51,635 nt of DNA. Origin: Desulfobacteraceae bacterium (lineage in GTDB: Bacteria > Desulfobacterota > Desulfobacteria > Desulfobacterales > JAABSP01). The stretch's first letter is position 1. Every line of letters starts with the position of its first letter. A program made the position numbers and the translations under genes. Under the pieces are notes generated by a model, which saw nothing but the letters and a program-made list of their open reading frames with translations, did not search any database and was not told the origin of the DNA. Location of the stretch: contig JAABTM010000004.1 of NCBI GenBank assembly GCA_011389855.1, positions 1 through 51,635 of the forward strand, given 5' to 3'. Of this stretch, positions 22,766 to 32,808 are shown piece by piece.

Positions 22766-22963
22766 GAAACGCCGCTTTTCGCAGTTCTCTTTATTCCAGA
22801 TAACAAAATTGTACTGTATAAAAAATTATATAACAAAAATGTTCTTGATTTTGGCAATGAATCACGGAAATGGCGGGTATGGCCAAGTGATTGTTTAATG
22901 CGAAAATTTATATATAAATAATTAACAGGTAGTTATCGAGAAGTTCGGATTATTTTTCCTTCT

Positions 22964-22979
22964 TGGCGCCTCCATTGCA
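22964..22979 (+). promoter_or_regulatory. sigma54 (-24/-12) promoter upstream of amtB
   Basis: TGGCGC-ctcca-TTGCA has exact TGGCAC-N5-TTGCW spacing. It lies 67 nt before the amtB ATG and is preceded by an AT-rich tract. Confidence 0.65.
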
Positions 22980-23046
22980 TTCCTTGAAAGCAAAATGAGT
23001 TTTTCCCGAAATTTACCCCAACCGTAATCAAGGAGGAGAACGCATC

Positions 23047-24459
23047 ATGAAAAAAACACTCTTAACCCTGCTGTTCGCCCTGATCGGCGCCGCCGGCGCC
23101 TGGGCCGCGGACGAAGATCCGACGGTCCTGACCAACTCAGCCGCCATTGAACTGGTCCAGACCCACGCCAATTTTCTCTGGACTCTCATCGCAGCCGCCA
23201 TGGTCTTTTTTATGCAGGCGGGATTCGCCATGGTCGAGGCGGGATTCACCCGGGCGAAGAACGCCATCAACATTATGATGAAAAACCTCATGGACTTTTC
23301 CATGGGCTCGCTCTTTTACTGGGCCATCGGGTTCGGGCTCATGTTCGGCGCCTCCAAATCAGGATGGATAGGAACGTCGGGTTTTTTCCTGTCCGATTTC
23401 ACGCCGGGCGGCGATCCGTGGGTGCTGGCCTTCTGGATGTTCCAGGTGGTGTTCGCCGCAACGGCCGCGACCATCGTATCGGGCGCCATGGCGGAACGGA
23501 CCAAGTTCGTCGGCTACCTGTGCTACAGCGCCGTCCTCAGCGCGCTGATCTACCCCATTTTCGGGTCCTGGGCCTGGGGCAGCCTCTATAACGGTAGCGG
23601 CTGGCTGGAAGGGTTCGGCTTTATCGATTTCGCCGGCTCCACCGTGGTCCATTCCGTGGGCGGCTGGGCGGCCCTGGCCGGCGCCATCGTGCTGGGCCCC
23701 CGGATGGGCAAGTACGCCAAGGACGGTTCGGTCCGTCCGATCCTGGGCCACAACATGCCCCTGGCGGCTCTGGGCGTCTTCATCCTCTGGCTGGGATGGT
23801 TCGGATTCAACCCCGGCTCCACCACCACGGCGGACAAATCCATCGCCATGATCTTCGTCAACACCAATCTCGCGGCCGCCGCCGGCGCGGTCCTGGCCAT
23901 GATCACTTCCTGGATGAAATTCGGCAAACCGGAAGTCGGCATGAGCCTCAACGGGGCCCTGGCCGGACTGGTGGGCATCACGGCCGGCTGCGCCAACGTC
24001 ACTCCGTTAAGCGCGGTCCTCATTGGAGCCATCGCGGGCGTCCTCGTGGTTCTCTCGGTCCTTTTCTTCGACAGGATCAGGATCGATGACCCGGTTGGCG
24101 CCGTTTCGGTCCACGGCGTCTGCGGCGCCTGGGGCACCCTGGCGGCCGGCATCTTCAACATCGGCGGCACAAGCCTCCAAATCATCGGAGTGCAGCTGCT
24201 GGGCATCGCGGCCTGCTTTGTCTGGACCTTCTTGGCGGCCTTCGCCATGTTCAAGGCCATCGAAAAGACCGTCGGACTCCGGGTCTCCCCCGAAGAAGAG
24301 ATGGAAGGACTCGACTTCAGCGAGCACGGCGGCAACGCCTACCCGGACTTCGAGATCATGTCCCATGGCGGCATGGGAACGGTTTCCGGATTCGGCGGCG
24401 GCGCCGAGAAGGCCTCCGGCAAGCTGTCCCCGTTGGTCGCCGGCGAGGAGACCGGATAA
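23047..24459 (+). CDS. amtB: ammonium transporter
   Basis: 470 aa. Signal peptide, Amt signatures (FAATAATIVSGAMAER, VVHSVGGWAALAGAIVLGPR, WFGFNPGS, VHGVCGAWGT). Confidence 0.93.
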   Translation: MKKTLLTLLFALIGAAGAWAADEDPTVLTNSAAIELVQTHANFLWTLIAAAMVFFMQAGFAMVEAGFTRAKNAINIMMKNLMDFSMGSLFYWAIGFGLMFGASKSGWIGTSGFFLSDFTPGGDPWVLAFWMFQVVFAATAATIVSGAMAERTKFVGYLCYSAVLSALIYPIFGSWAWGSLYNGSGWLEGFGFIDFAGSTVVHSVGGWAALAGAIVLGPRMGKYAKDGSVRPILGHNMPLAALGVFILWLGWFGFNPGSTTTADKSIAMIFVNTNLAAAAGAVLAMITSWMKFGKPEVGMSLNGALAGLVGITAGCANVTPLSAVLIGAIAGVLVVLSVLFFDRIRIDDPVGAVSVHGVCGAWGTLAAGIFNIGGTSLQIIGVQLLGIAACFVWTFLAAFAMFKAIEKTVGLRVSPEEEMEGLDFSEHGGNAYPDFEIMSHGGMGTVSGFGGGAEKASGKLSPLVAGEETG

Positions 24460-24521
24460 TCATAAACATTCCCCTTTAGGGTGTACCTGCGAACGTCCTC
24501 ACTCCGTATCGTTCGCCTCCT

Positions 24522-24572
24522 GGCCGCGTCTGTCCCGGATTGCCTCCCCGGGCCGGACGCGGCCTCTTTATT
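24522..24572 (+). terminator. intrinsic terminator after amtB
   Basis: GGCCGCGTC...GACGCGGCC, with an inner CCCGG/CCGGG pairing, followed by TCTTTATT. Confidence 0.6.
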
Positions 24573-24688
24573 CGGGGCCTCAACCTTCCTGTTTTTAAAT
24601 TGCCGTTTTTATTTGACAGGTAAGCCGGTTTTCCGATATCTAATCGGGGTAACGGATCACAACAGGACCTTTTCCAAAGAGGTGACCG

Positions 24689-25906
24689 ATGCGCCAGGAT
24701 GCCCACCTTTCCAGCAACAAAATGGTGTCGATCCTCAAGACAATCGAGGAACTCAACCTTCTTAAGGATGTGGACACCATCCTCGATAAGACCCTTTACG
24801 AGGCGAGAAAACTCGCCAAAGCCGACGCCGGGTCGATCTTTTTGAAAGAAAAAGAGACGCTCCGCTTCTCCTACGTCCAAAACGACACGCTTTTCCGAAA
24901 GGACGAGGCCAACGTGGCCCTGTACGCCGATTTCCGGCTGCCCATCAGCGCCCGGTCCATCGTGGGGTACGCGGCCCTGACCGGGGAGACGGTGGTCATC
25001 GACGACGCCTATCGATTGGACGACAGCTTCCCCTATCGGTTCAATCCGGCCTACGACCGGAAATCCGGCTACAAAACCGTATCGGTGCTGGCCATTCCCC
25101 TGGGCTCTTTTTCGGAGCGGATGGTGGGCGTCATGCAGCTCATCAACGCCAAGGACGAAACCGGAAAACCGGTCCCGTTCTCCCAGGAGAGCCGGGACTA
25201 CATGCCGCTTTTCGCCAATCACGCCTCCCTGGCCCTCGAACGGGGCATCATGAACCGGGAACTGATCCTGCGGATGATGAAGATGGCCGAGCTGCGGGAT
25301 CCCCATGAAACCGGGGCCCACGTCCAGCGGGTGGGGGCGTACTCGGCGGAACTGTACCAGCAGTGGGCCCTAATCCAGGGGGTGGATCGGAACACGATCC
25401 GGCGGACCCGGGACGTGATCCGGCTCTCTTCCATGCTCCACGACGTGGGGAAGGTGGGCATCTCCGACGTGATCCTCAAAAAGCCCGGAAAGCTCGACGA
25501 GGACGAGTTCAGGACCATGCGGTGGCACACCGTTTTCGGAGCGAGGCTTTTTCTCCAGAACACCTCAAGCCTGGACGAGATGAGCTACGATATCGCTCTT
25601 AACCATCATGAGAAATGGAACGGGGCGGGCTACCCGGGCAACATCCCGGATATCCAGTCCGATTCGATCTCCATGTCCGCGCCCAAAAAAGGAGAAGAGA
25701 TTTCCATCTACGCCCGCATCACCGCCCTGGCCGACGTCTTCGACGCCCTCTCCTCCCGCCGGTCCTACAAGGAACCCTGGACCGACGAAAAAATTCTGGA
25801 AGTCATCGAACAGGATTCCGGCACGCATTTCGATCCGTCAATCGTGGAGATATTCTTCCAGATCTTCGACGTGATCAAGGCCATCCGGGAAAAGTACCGG
25901 GAGTAG
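24689..25906 (+). CDS. GAF domain + HD-GYP c-di-GMP phosphodiesterase
   Basis: N-terminal GAF-like region. HD-GYP motifs HDVGKVGI and HHEKWNGAGYPG. Confidence 0.85.
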   Translation: MRQDAHLSSNKMVSILKTIEELNLLKDVDTILDKTLYEARKLAKADAGSIFLKEKETLRFSYVQNDTLFRKDEANVALYADFRLPISARSIVGYAALTGETVVIDDAYRLDDSFPYRFNPAYDRKSGYKTVSVLAIPLGSFSERMVGVMQLINAKDETGKPVPFSQESRDYMPLFANHASLALERGIMNRELILRMMKMAELRDPHETGAHVQRVGAYSAELYQQWALIQGVDRNTIRRTRDVIRLSSMLHDVGKVGISDVILKKPGKLDEDEFRTMRWHTVFGARLFLQNTSSLDEMSYDIALNHHEKWNGAGYPGNIPDIQSDSISMSAPKKGEEISIYARITALADVFDALSSRRSYKEPWTDEKILEVIEQDSGTHFDPSIVEIFFQIFDVIKAIREKYRE

Positions 25907-25917
25907 GGCCGATTTTA

Positions 25918-26586
25918 ATGGACGGACAAACCCGGTGCCGCCGGTGCGGGACCTGCTGCAGGAAGGGGGGCCCGGCCCTCCACCGCGCTGATCGTTCCCT
26001 GGTCGAAGGGGGCGCGATTCCCCTGAAGCGCCTGTACACCCTCCGGAAGGGGGAACTGGCGTGGGAAAACGTCCGGGGCGGCGTGGTCCCCCTTACAGAG
26101 GAGATCATCAAGATCAAGGAGGCCGACGGCAAAACGGCCTGCCGGTTTTTCGACGACGCGGAAAGAGGGTGCGCCATCTACGAAAACCGGCCCCTGGAAT
26201 GCCGGGCGTTGAAGTGCTGGGACACCCGGGAGATCGAACAAATCTACCGGCGGGACCGTCTCTCCCGTCGGGACCTCCTGGAGACGGTTCCGGGGCTGTG
26301 GGATCTGGTGACGTCCCATGAAACGGAATGCGGACCTGACCGCGTCCGGGCGCTGAACGACCGGGATGCCGGGGACCGTCGGACCCTGGCCCGGATCACG
26401 GCCTATGATCGGGAGATGCGGCGGCTGGTGACGGAACGGTCCGGTCTCGACCCGGAAGTGCTTGATTTTCTCCTGGGCCGGCCTCTGTCCCGGGTAATCG
26501 CCGGGGAGCGATCCCGGCCCCGTTTCCACGTCCATGACCCAGGGGTTGGTGCGTTAAAAAAGCCGGCCGCCCTGTCGGGGCGTTGA
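25918..26586 (+). CDS. YkgJ-family (UPF0153) Zn/Fe-chelating CxxCxxCC protein
   Basis: This is the track ORF 25615..26586 trimmed to the ATG at 25918 (MDGQTRCRRCGTCCRKGGPAL...). A second Cys cluster, CAIYENRPLECRALKCW. Confidence 0.7.
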   Translation: MDGQTRCRRCGTCCRKGGPALHRADRSLVEGGAIPLKRLYTLRKGELAWENVRGGVVPLTEEIIKIKEADGKTACRFFDDAERGCAIYENRPLECRALKCWDTREIEQIYRRDRLSRRDLLETVPGLWDLVTSHETECGPDRVRALNDRDAGDRRTLARITAYDREMRRLVTERSGLDPEVLDFLLGRPLSRVIAGERSRPRFHVHDPGVGALKKPAALSGR

Positions 26587-26691
26587 CTTTTGGCGTGTTT
26601 TCATTTATAAGCTAAGGAACACTAAGATCAGCGCATTCGCAGCCCGTACGGAACCGTAACTTCAACCGCTAACAGAGACGGGAGCGTTCAT

Positions 26692-27261
26692 TTGGTTGAG
26701 CAGGCGAAGGTATCCCCCCAGAATCGATCCTTTCATCAAGGCGCGCCCACCGGCCCCGACGCCAGACTCCAAAAATCCCCCGCATCCTACATTCTCACGT
26801 TTGTCATTCTGTTCGGCATCTGGCTGCTCCTGTCGGGGCGGTTCGATCTCTTGCACCTCGGCCTCGGGCTCGCCTCCTGCCTGCTGGTGACGATTTTTTC
26901 CGCGGACCTGCTCCTGCCGGCCCCCAACACCCCGCGGCTGCCCGGCCTCTGGTTCCGCTTCATCAAATACATTCCGTGGCTCCTCTATCAGGTGCTGGTG
27001 GCCAACATTCACGTCATGTACCTTGTTTTCCATCCCCGGATGATGGACCTCATCGATCCCAGCATCATGGAGTTCGATTCCCGGTTGAAAAGCGATATGT
27101 CCCGGGTGACCCTGGCCAATTCCATCACCCTGACGCCCGGCACCATCACGGTTCATATATCCATTTACGGTCACATCACCTTCCATGTCATCGACATCGA
27201 GTCGGGGAAGACCCTTCCCTGGATCATGGAGGCGAGGATCGCGGACGTATTCGAAGAGTGA
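26692..27261 (+). CDS. mnhE: Mrp/Mnh antiporter subunit E
   Basis: TTG start as given by the track; the N-terminus is uncertain. MnhE-like core FVILFGIWLLLSGRFDLLHLGLG...ANSITLTPGT. Confidence 0.75.
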   Translation: MVEQAKVSPQNRSFHQGAPTGPDARLQKSPASYILTFVILFGIWLLLSGRFDLLHLGLGLASCLLVTIFSADLLLPAPNTPRLPGLWFRFIKYIPWLLYQVLVANIHVMYLVFHPRMMDLIDPSIMEFDSRLKSDMSRVTLANSITLTPGTITVHISIYGHITFHVIDIESGKTLPWIMEARIADVFEE

Positions 27262-27268
27262 CGACGCC

Positions 27269-27577
27269 ATGCATCTGTTTTTTCTGTTCGCCGCCGTTTT
27301 TCTGGCCCTGCTGATCATCCTCTCCCTCTACCGGGCGGTGATCGGCCCCACGGTGCTGGATCGGATGATCGGGGTCAACGCCGTCGGGAGCAAGACCACG
27401 GCCCTGTTGATCCTTATCGGACTTCTCTACCATCGGGTCGATATGTTCGTGGACATCGCCCTGGCCTATGCCATGCTCAATTTCATTGCCGTGCTCGCCG
27501 CATCCCGGTATTTCCAGAAGCGTAAAGGGCTTTTCGACGAGATCGAGCGGACCCCAAAGGAAGGAGACGCCAGTTGA
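27269..27577 (+). CDS. mnhF: Mrp/Mnh antiporter subunit F
   Basis: ATG at 27269 (MHLFFLFAAVFLALLIILSLYRAVIGPTVLDRMIGVNAVGSKT...). 102 aa, three TM helices. Confidence 0.8.
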   Translation: MHLFFLFAAVFLALLIILSLYRAVIGPTVLDRMIGVNAVGSKTTALLILIGLLYHRVDMFVDIALAYAMLNFIAVLAASRYFQKRKGLFDEIERTPKEGDAS

Positions 27578-27906
27578 TCAACCTCATCGCCGCCATGTTC
27601 ATCCTACTGGGCCTGGTCTTTTTCACGGGCGGGGCCGTGGGGATCATCCGGATGCCCGATTTCTATTCCCGCCTCCATCCGGCGGGCAAACTCGACACCA
27701 TGGGCCTGCTCATGTCCATGATCGGCATTGCCCTGTACAGCGTTCAGGGGTTCTCCCTGGGCGAGGTGCTGACGGGATTGAAGATCATCCTCATCGTGGT
27801 CTTCGTCTTCATCACCAGCCCCACGGCCACCCACGCCATCGTGGACGCGGGGGTCCGGGCGGGCCTGGAGCCCTGGACTCAGCAGCGACGCGGGGAGGAG
27901 TCATGA
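27574..27906 (+). CDS. mnhG: Mrp/Mnh antiporter subunit G
   Basis: TTG start after aaggaaggag. GAVGIIRMPDFYSRLHPAGK is the MnhG signature region. Confidence 0.85.
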   Translation: MINLIAAMFILLGLVFFTGGAVGIIRMPDFYSRLHPAGKLDTMGLLMSMIGIALYSVQGFSLGEVLTGLKIILIVVFVFITSPTATHAIVDAGVRAGLEPWTQQRRGEES

Positions 27907-28148
27907 GCGGGCAACTGGACATGATCATTCTGCTCTTCGTGATCATCAGCGGGATCGGCGCCATCACCGTGCGGGATCTGCTGGGCGCCGCCATCCTTTT
28001 CGGCGCCTACAGTTTTCTCATGTGTCTGCTGTGGGCCATCATGGGGGCCGTGGACGTGGCCTTTACCGAGGCTTCGGTGGGGGCCGGGGTCAGCACGGTC
28101 CTTTTTGTCGCCGCGGTATTCCGAACCACAAGGAGGACCAAAGATTGA
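27903..28148 (+). CDS. MnhB N-terminal-like (DUF4040 / MbhD-like) small membrane subunit
   Basis: The ATG at 27903 overlaps the mnhG stop (ATGA). 81 aa, with AVDVAFTEASVGAG as in DUF4040. Confidence 0.75.
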   Translation: MSGQLDMIILLFVIISGIGAITVRDLLGAAILFGAYSFLMCLLWAIMGAVDVAFTEASVGAGVSTVLFVAAVFRTTRRTKD

Positions 28149-28978
28149 AGCTCGTCGCCCTGGCTTCGGCGCTGTTGTGCGGGACGATCCTGCTTTTCGG
28201 GACCGCGGAGTTTCCCGATTTCGGCGATCCCGATTCTCCGGCCGCGTCCCATGTCTCCCCCCGTTACATCGAAGAGGCCATGGCGGAGACCTCGGCGCCC
28301 AACATCGTCACGGCGGTGCTGGCCGACTACCGCGGATTCGATACGCTCTTCGAGACAGCGGTGGTCTTCTCGGCGGCCATGGCCTGTTTCTTTCTGCTCC
28401 GGATCTTCGGCGAAGATGAGCGGCGGCCCTCGGAGAAGCTCTACCGCCACCTCCCGACGGGGATCACCCTGCGCATCGACCCCGGCGGGAAAGTGCCCGA
28501 TTCCCCCGAGTTCGAGCGGATCGACGGCATCTGGATCCCCCACGACGTGATCGTCAAGACCACCACCCGGCTCATCATCCCCTTTATCCAGCTTTTCGGC
28601 CTCTATGTCATCGCCCACGGCCACCACAGCCCGGGCGGCGGATTCCAGGGCGGGGTGATCCTGGGGGCCTCGGTGATCCTGTACGCCATCTCCCAGAACC
28701 TTCGTCAGGCGTTGGGCCGGATGGGGGAGGCGGTCAGCGCGGTCTTCTGCGCCGCCGGGGTCTTCATTTACGCCGGCGCCGGGGCCCTGTGTCTGCTGAT
28801 GGGGGCCAATTTCCTCGATTATTCGGGCCTGGCGCCCCTTTTCGGCGTGGATGCGATCCAGGCCCGGTCCCTGGGGATTCTGGTGGTGGAGATCGGCGTG
28901 GGTCTCGCCGTCATGTCGGCCATGGTCTGGATCTACTACAATCTCGCCTCGATGGGGCGCCACCAGGAAGGCCTCTAG
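28145..28978 (+). CDS. mnhB: Mrp/Mnh antiporter subunit B (MbhE+MbhF-like regions fused)
   Basis: The TTG at 28145 overlaps the previous stop. NIVTAVLADYRGFDTLFETAVVF and GHHSPGGGFQGGVILG. Confidence 0.8.
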   Translation: MKLVALASALLCGTILLFGTAEFPDFGDPDSPAASHVSPRYIEEAMAETSAPNIVTAVLADYRGFDTLFETAVVFSAAMACFFLLRIFGEDERRPSEKLYRHLPTGITLRIDPGGKVPDSPEFERIDGIWIPHDVIVKTTTRLIIPFIQLFGLYVIAHGHHSPGGGFQGGVILGASVILYAISQNLRQALGRMGEAVSAVFCAAGVFIYAGAGALCLLMGANFLDYSGLAPLFGVDAIQARSLGILVVEIGVGLAVMSAMVWIYYNLASMGRHQEGL

Positions 28979-28987
28979 CGGAGACGG

Positions 28988-29413
28988 ATGCCCATGAGCG
29001 AGTTCATCGATTTTTTCGTCGGCAAGTATAATTACTGGGCGTTCATCCTCCTGATGATGATCGGCCTTTACGCCATGATCGCCAAGAAGAACCTGGCCAA
29101 AAAGATCATCGGGATGAACATTTTCCAGACCGCCATCATCCTCTTTTACATCTCCACCGCGGCCAAAGGAGGGGGCGCCAGTATTCCCATCATCGCCCAC
29201 GGCCACGGCCATGGCTTGAGCGAACACGGCGCCCGGGCCGCCGACTACATCAATCCGCTCCCCCATGTGCTGATGCTCACCGCCATCGTGGTCTCGGTGG
29301 CCACCCTGGGGGTGGCCCTCACCCTGGCCGTCAAGGTCTACCACCAGTACGGCACCCTGGAGGAGGATGAGATCGCCGACCGCATCCGGGCCCAGACGGG
29401 CGGTGAACCATGA
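28988..29413 (+). CDS. mnhC: Mrp/Mnh antiporter subunit C (NuoK-like)
   Basis: 141 aa. The first and last TM helices are NuoK/MnhC-like, with an unusually long Gly/His-rich loop (GGGASIPIIAHGHGHGLSEHGARAADY). Confidence 0.75.
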   Translation: MPMSEFIDFFVGKYNYWAFILLMMIGLYAMIAKKNLAKKIIGMNIFQTAIILFYISTAAKGGGASIPIIAHGHGHGLSEHGARAADYINPLPHVLMLTAIVVSVATLGVALTLAVKVYHQYGTLEEDEIADRIRAQTGGEP

Positions 29414-30909
29414 GCCCACATCTGCCCGCCCTGCCGGTGGTTGTCCCGCTGCTCTCGGCGCTGTTGATTACCATCCTGGGATGGTCTAACCGACGACTCC
29501 CCTTTCCCATCGCCCTTGTGGCGCTGACAGCTGGTCTGCTGTCGGCCCTCGGACTAATGAAGGATGTGCTGGCCCGGGGGGTGATCGGCTACAACATGGG
29601 CGGATGGGACCCGCCCTGGGGCATCGCCTATCGGGTGGATCATCTCAATGCACTGGTGCTGGTGGTGGTGATGGCCGCGGCCCTCATCGGGCTCATCGCC
29701 ACGCGGGACCGGGTGAAAGCGGAGTTCGAGGATCGGATCGTCCCCTTCTACACGCTCTTCGTCCTCTTTGTCACGGGCCTGTCCGGCATTCTCCTGACCG
29801 GGGACGCCTTCAACCTCTATGTGCTGCTGGAGATCGCCTCCCTGACCGGCTACGCCCTCATCGGCCTGGGGGAGGGCCGGGCGCCCCTGGCCGGCCTCAA
29901 CTACATCCTCATGGGCACCATCGGCGCGTCCTTTTATCTGCTGGGCGTCGGCTACCTCTATCTCATGACCGGCACCCTCAACATGGTCGATCTGGCGGCC
30001 CGGCTGCCCGGTCTCTACGATTCCCATGTCGTGGCCCTGGCTTTTTTCATCTGCCTGACAGGGCTCTTCGTTAAAATGGCCTTTTTTCCGGTCCATGTCT
30101 GGCTGCCCAACGCCTATTCCAACGCGTCCTCCGCCGCCGGCATCCTCATCGCCCCGCTGACCACCAAGGTGATGATCTACGTGATGATCCGGATCACCCT
30201 GACCGTTTTCACCCCCGACTACGCCTTCGACGTTCTGGACATCGGCGACGCGGTCGTATGGCTGTCGGTGATCGCCATCGTCATGGGATCGGTTTTCGCC
30301 CTGGCCCAGAACCGGCTGAAACGGATCCTTTCCTACATCGTCGTGGCCGAAGTCGGATACATGGTGGGGGGATTCTGGCTGGGGAACCGGGCCGGCATCA
30401 CCGGGTCGATCCTTCACATCGTCAACGACGCCGCCATGACCCTTTGCGTCTTTCTGGCCGCGGGCGCGCTCCTGACCCGGGTCCCGGGCGACCGGCTGAT
30501 CCATCTCCAGGGGCTGTTCCGGAAGATGCCGGTTTCCATGGCGGCCCTGGTCGTCGGCGGGCTTTCCATCATCGGCGCGCCGCCCACCTGCGGGTTTTTC
30601 AGCAAATGGTATTTGATCTCCGGCGGCATCGACGCGGGCCATTACGGGTTCGTGGCGGCCCTGCTCTTTTCCAGCCTGGTCAACGTCGCGCTCTTTTTCC
30701 GGGTCTTCGAAATCGCCTACTATGAACCCTTTGGCGCCGATCACGGCCACGACCCCCGCGCCCACGGCGCTTCCGGACGGGAGGACGCCCCGGCGGCCAT
30801 GCTGGCGCCCCTTGTGGTGGTCGCGGTGCTGCTGGTGGCGCTGGGACTCTACAGCGGCGATCTGGTATCGGCCATCATCCAACACGCCATCCCCGCGCGG
30901 ATCATCTGA
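29410..30909 (+). CDS. mnhD: Mrp subunit D / NuoM-N-like antiporter subunit, copy 1
   Basis: 499 aa, Proton_antipo_M-type pattern (FPVHVWLPNAY..., GLSIIGAPPTCGFFSKW). Confidence 0.85.
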   Translation: MSPHLPALPVVVPLLSALLITILGWSNRRLPFPIALVALTAGLLSALGLMKDVLARGVIGYNMGGWDPPWGIAYRVDHLNALVLVVVMAAALIGLIATRDRVKAEFEDRIVPFYTLFVLFVTGLSGILLTGDAFNLYVLLEIASLTGYALIGLGEGRAPLAGLNYILMGTIGASFYLLGVGYLYLMTGTLNMVDLAARLPGLYDSHVVALAFFICLTGLFVKMAFFPVHVWLPNAYSNASSAAGILIAPLTTKVMIYVMIRITLTVFTPDYAFDVLDIGDAVVWLSVIAIVMGSVFALAQNRLKRILSYIVVAEVGYMVGGFWLGNRAGITGSILHIVNDAAMTLCVFLAAGALLTRVPGDRLIHLQGLFRKMPVSMAALVVGGLSIIGAPPTCGFFSKWYLISGGIDAGHYGFVAALLFSSLVNVALFFRVFEIAYYEPFGADHGHDPRAHGASGREDAPAAMLAPLVVVAVLLVALGLYSGDLVSAIIQHAIPARII

Positions 30910-30912
30910 TAC

Positions 30913-32397
30913 ATGGAATCCATCGTCTCCCTCAAGCCACTGGCGGCCGTCCTCGTTTCAATCCTCGTCGTCCCTCTGATCATCCGGAGCGGAAACCGGC
31001 CCAACCTGCGGGAGGGGTGGACCTTCGCCGCCGCCGGCATCAAATTCCTGATCGTGGCCTCCATGGTTCCGGCGGTCCTGGGCGGGGCGAAACTGGAGCT
31101 GACCATCGCCCAGGTGCTGCCGGGGGCGGCCATCGCCTTCCGGGTGGACGCCTTCGGGCTGCTCTTCGCCCTGGTCTCGTCGTCGCTCTGGATCGTGACC
31201 TCCGCCTATTCCATCGGCTATATGCGGGGGCTGGACGAACACAGCCAGACCCGGTATTTCTGCTTTTTCGCCCTCTCCCTGTCGGCGACCATCGGGGCGG
31301 CGTTCTCCGCGAACTTGCTGACGCTCTATCTCTTCTACGAGATGCTCTCCTTCGCCACCTATCCGCTGGTCACCCACCACCAGGATATGGAGGCCCGGAG
31401 TTCCGGGCGGAAATATTTATTCTACATCGTGGGGTCGTCCATCGGGCTGGCGCTCCCGGCCATGGTCTACATCTACACCGTCTCGGGGACCCTCGATTTC
31501 GCCGCCCAGGGGGTGATGCCGGCATCGGTCCCGCCGGCCGTGCTGACGGCGCTGGTGCTGATGCTCCTGTTCGGGTTCGCCAAGGCCGGGGTGATGCCGT
31601 TCCATTCGTGGCTTCCGGCGGCCATGGTGGCCCCCACGCCGGTCAGCGCGCTGCTCCATGCGGTGGCCGTGGTCAAGGTGGGCGCCTTCTGCGTCTTCCG
31701 GGTCCTGACCGGGGTGATGGGAGCGGACCTGCTCACCGGCGCGGGACTGGGGACCCTGGTCTGTTACATCGCGGCCTTCACCATCATTGTCTCGTCCCTC
31801 ATCGCGCTCTCCCAGGACGGGTTGAAGCGGCGGCTGGCCTTTTCCACCATCGGCCAGCTCTCCTACATCGTGCTGGGGGCGGCCCTGCTCACGCCCGACG
31901 GATTGACCGGGGGCATGCTCCACATCGCCATGCACGCCTTCGGCAAGATCACGCTTTTTTTCTGCGCCGGCGCCATCTTCGTGGCGACCGGCGTCAAGAA
32001 CATCAGCGACATGACGGGCATCGGCAAGCGGATGCCCATCACCATGACGGCCTTTTTCATCGGATCGTTGAGCGTCATCGGGCTCCCGCCCTGCGGCGGG
32101 TTCATCAGCAAATGGTTCCTGGTGATGGGAACCCTGGAAGCCCGGCAATATGCGATGCTGGTCGTCATCCTGACCAGTTCCCTGCTCAACGCGGCTTACT
32201 TTCTGCCCATCGTCTACCGGGCGTTTTTCTGCACGGAGGAAGAATCCAAATTCGACAACCGGATGGGGGAGGCCCCCCTGTGGTGCCTCGTTCCGTTAAA
32301 GCTGACGGCGTTTATATCGATCATTCTGTTTCTCTATCCTAAACCGTTTTTGGATTTGGCGAGGCTGGCGGTGGTACAGATTTTAGGAGGCCCATAG
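30913..32397 (+). CDS. mnhD: Mrp subunit D / NuoM-N-like antiporter subunit, copy 2
   Basis: 494 aa. MPFHSWLPAAMVAPTPVSALLHA and GLPPCGGFISKW. Confidence 0.85.
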   Translation: MESIVSLKPLAAVLVSILVVPLIIRSGNRPNLREGWTFAAAGIKFLIVASMVPAVLGGAKLELTIAQVLPGAAIAFRVDAFGLLFALVSSSLWIVTSAYSIGYMRGLDEHSQTRYFCFFALSLSATIGAAFSANLLTLYLFYEMLSFATYPLVTHHQDMEARSSGRKYLFYIVGSSIGLALPAMVYIYTVSGTLDFAAQGVMPASVPPAVLTALVLMLLFGFAKAGVMPFHSWLPAAMVAPTPVSALLHAVAVVKVGAFCVFRVLTGVMGADLLTGAGLGTLVCYIAAFTIIVSSLIALSQDGLKRRLAFSTIGQLSYIVLGAALLTPDGLTGGMLHIAMHAFGKITLFFCAGAIFVATGVKNISDMTGIGKRMPITMTAFFIGSLSVIGLPPCGGFISKWFLVMGTLEARQYAMLVVILTSSLLNAAYFLPIVYRAFFCTEEESKFDNRMGEAPLWCLVPLKLTAFISIILFLYPKPFLDLARLAVVQILGGP

Positions 32398-32523
32398 ATG
32401 AGCGAAGACGAAAAAATGATCCTGGCCCATGAGCCGGTTCCGGGCTATCCGAAGATATTCGCGTTTGTGCTGGTCATCGCCATAATTCATCTGGGATTCA
32501 TTTTTCTCAGGAGCCTTTTTTAA
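32398..32523 (+). CDS. 41-aa single-TM peptide within the Mrp operon
   Basis: Not in the ORF track. The ATG immediately follows the TAG of the previous gene. MSEDEKMILAHEPVPGYPKIFAFVLVIAIIHLGFIFLRSLF. Confidence 0.45.
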   Translation: MSEDEKMILAHEPVPGYPKIFAFVLVIAIIHLGFIFLRSLF

Positions 32524-32550
32524 GGAACACGGACCGGGAGCCGATTGCCC

Positions 32551-32808
32551 ATGAAACGGGAATTGAAGATTTTCGACAATCCGGACAACGTCAAACGGTT
32601 GCTTCGCGTATTCTACGCCTCGCTGGTGGTGCTGGTGCTGCTCGATTTCGTCATCCACAAGCACGCGGCGTTTCCCTGGGAGGGTCGGTTCGGGTTTTTC
32701 GCCACCTACGGGTTCGTCTCCTGCGTGGCCCTGATCTTTATCGCCAAAGGGCTGCGGCGGTTGATTCGAAGGGATGAAGACTACTACGACAGGCCGGAAG
32801 ACTCATGA
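32551..32808 (+). CDS. small two-TM membrane protein within the Mrp operon
   Basis: ATG at 32551 (the track uses TTG 32545). The stop overlaps the next start (ATGA at 32805). Confidence 0.55.
   Translation: MKRELKIFDNPDNVKRLLRVFYASLVVLVLLDFVIHKHAAFPWEGRFGFFATYGFVSCVALIFIAKGLRRLIRRDEDYYDRPEDS

Noticed and set aside
22713-22898. 61-aa plus-strand ORF in the dinB-amtB intergenic region
   Set aside because: It starts inside the dinB 3' end and runs through an AT-rich promoter region. No SD and odd composition. More likely regulatory DNA upstream of the sigma54 promoter.
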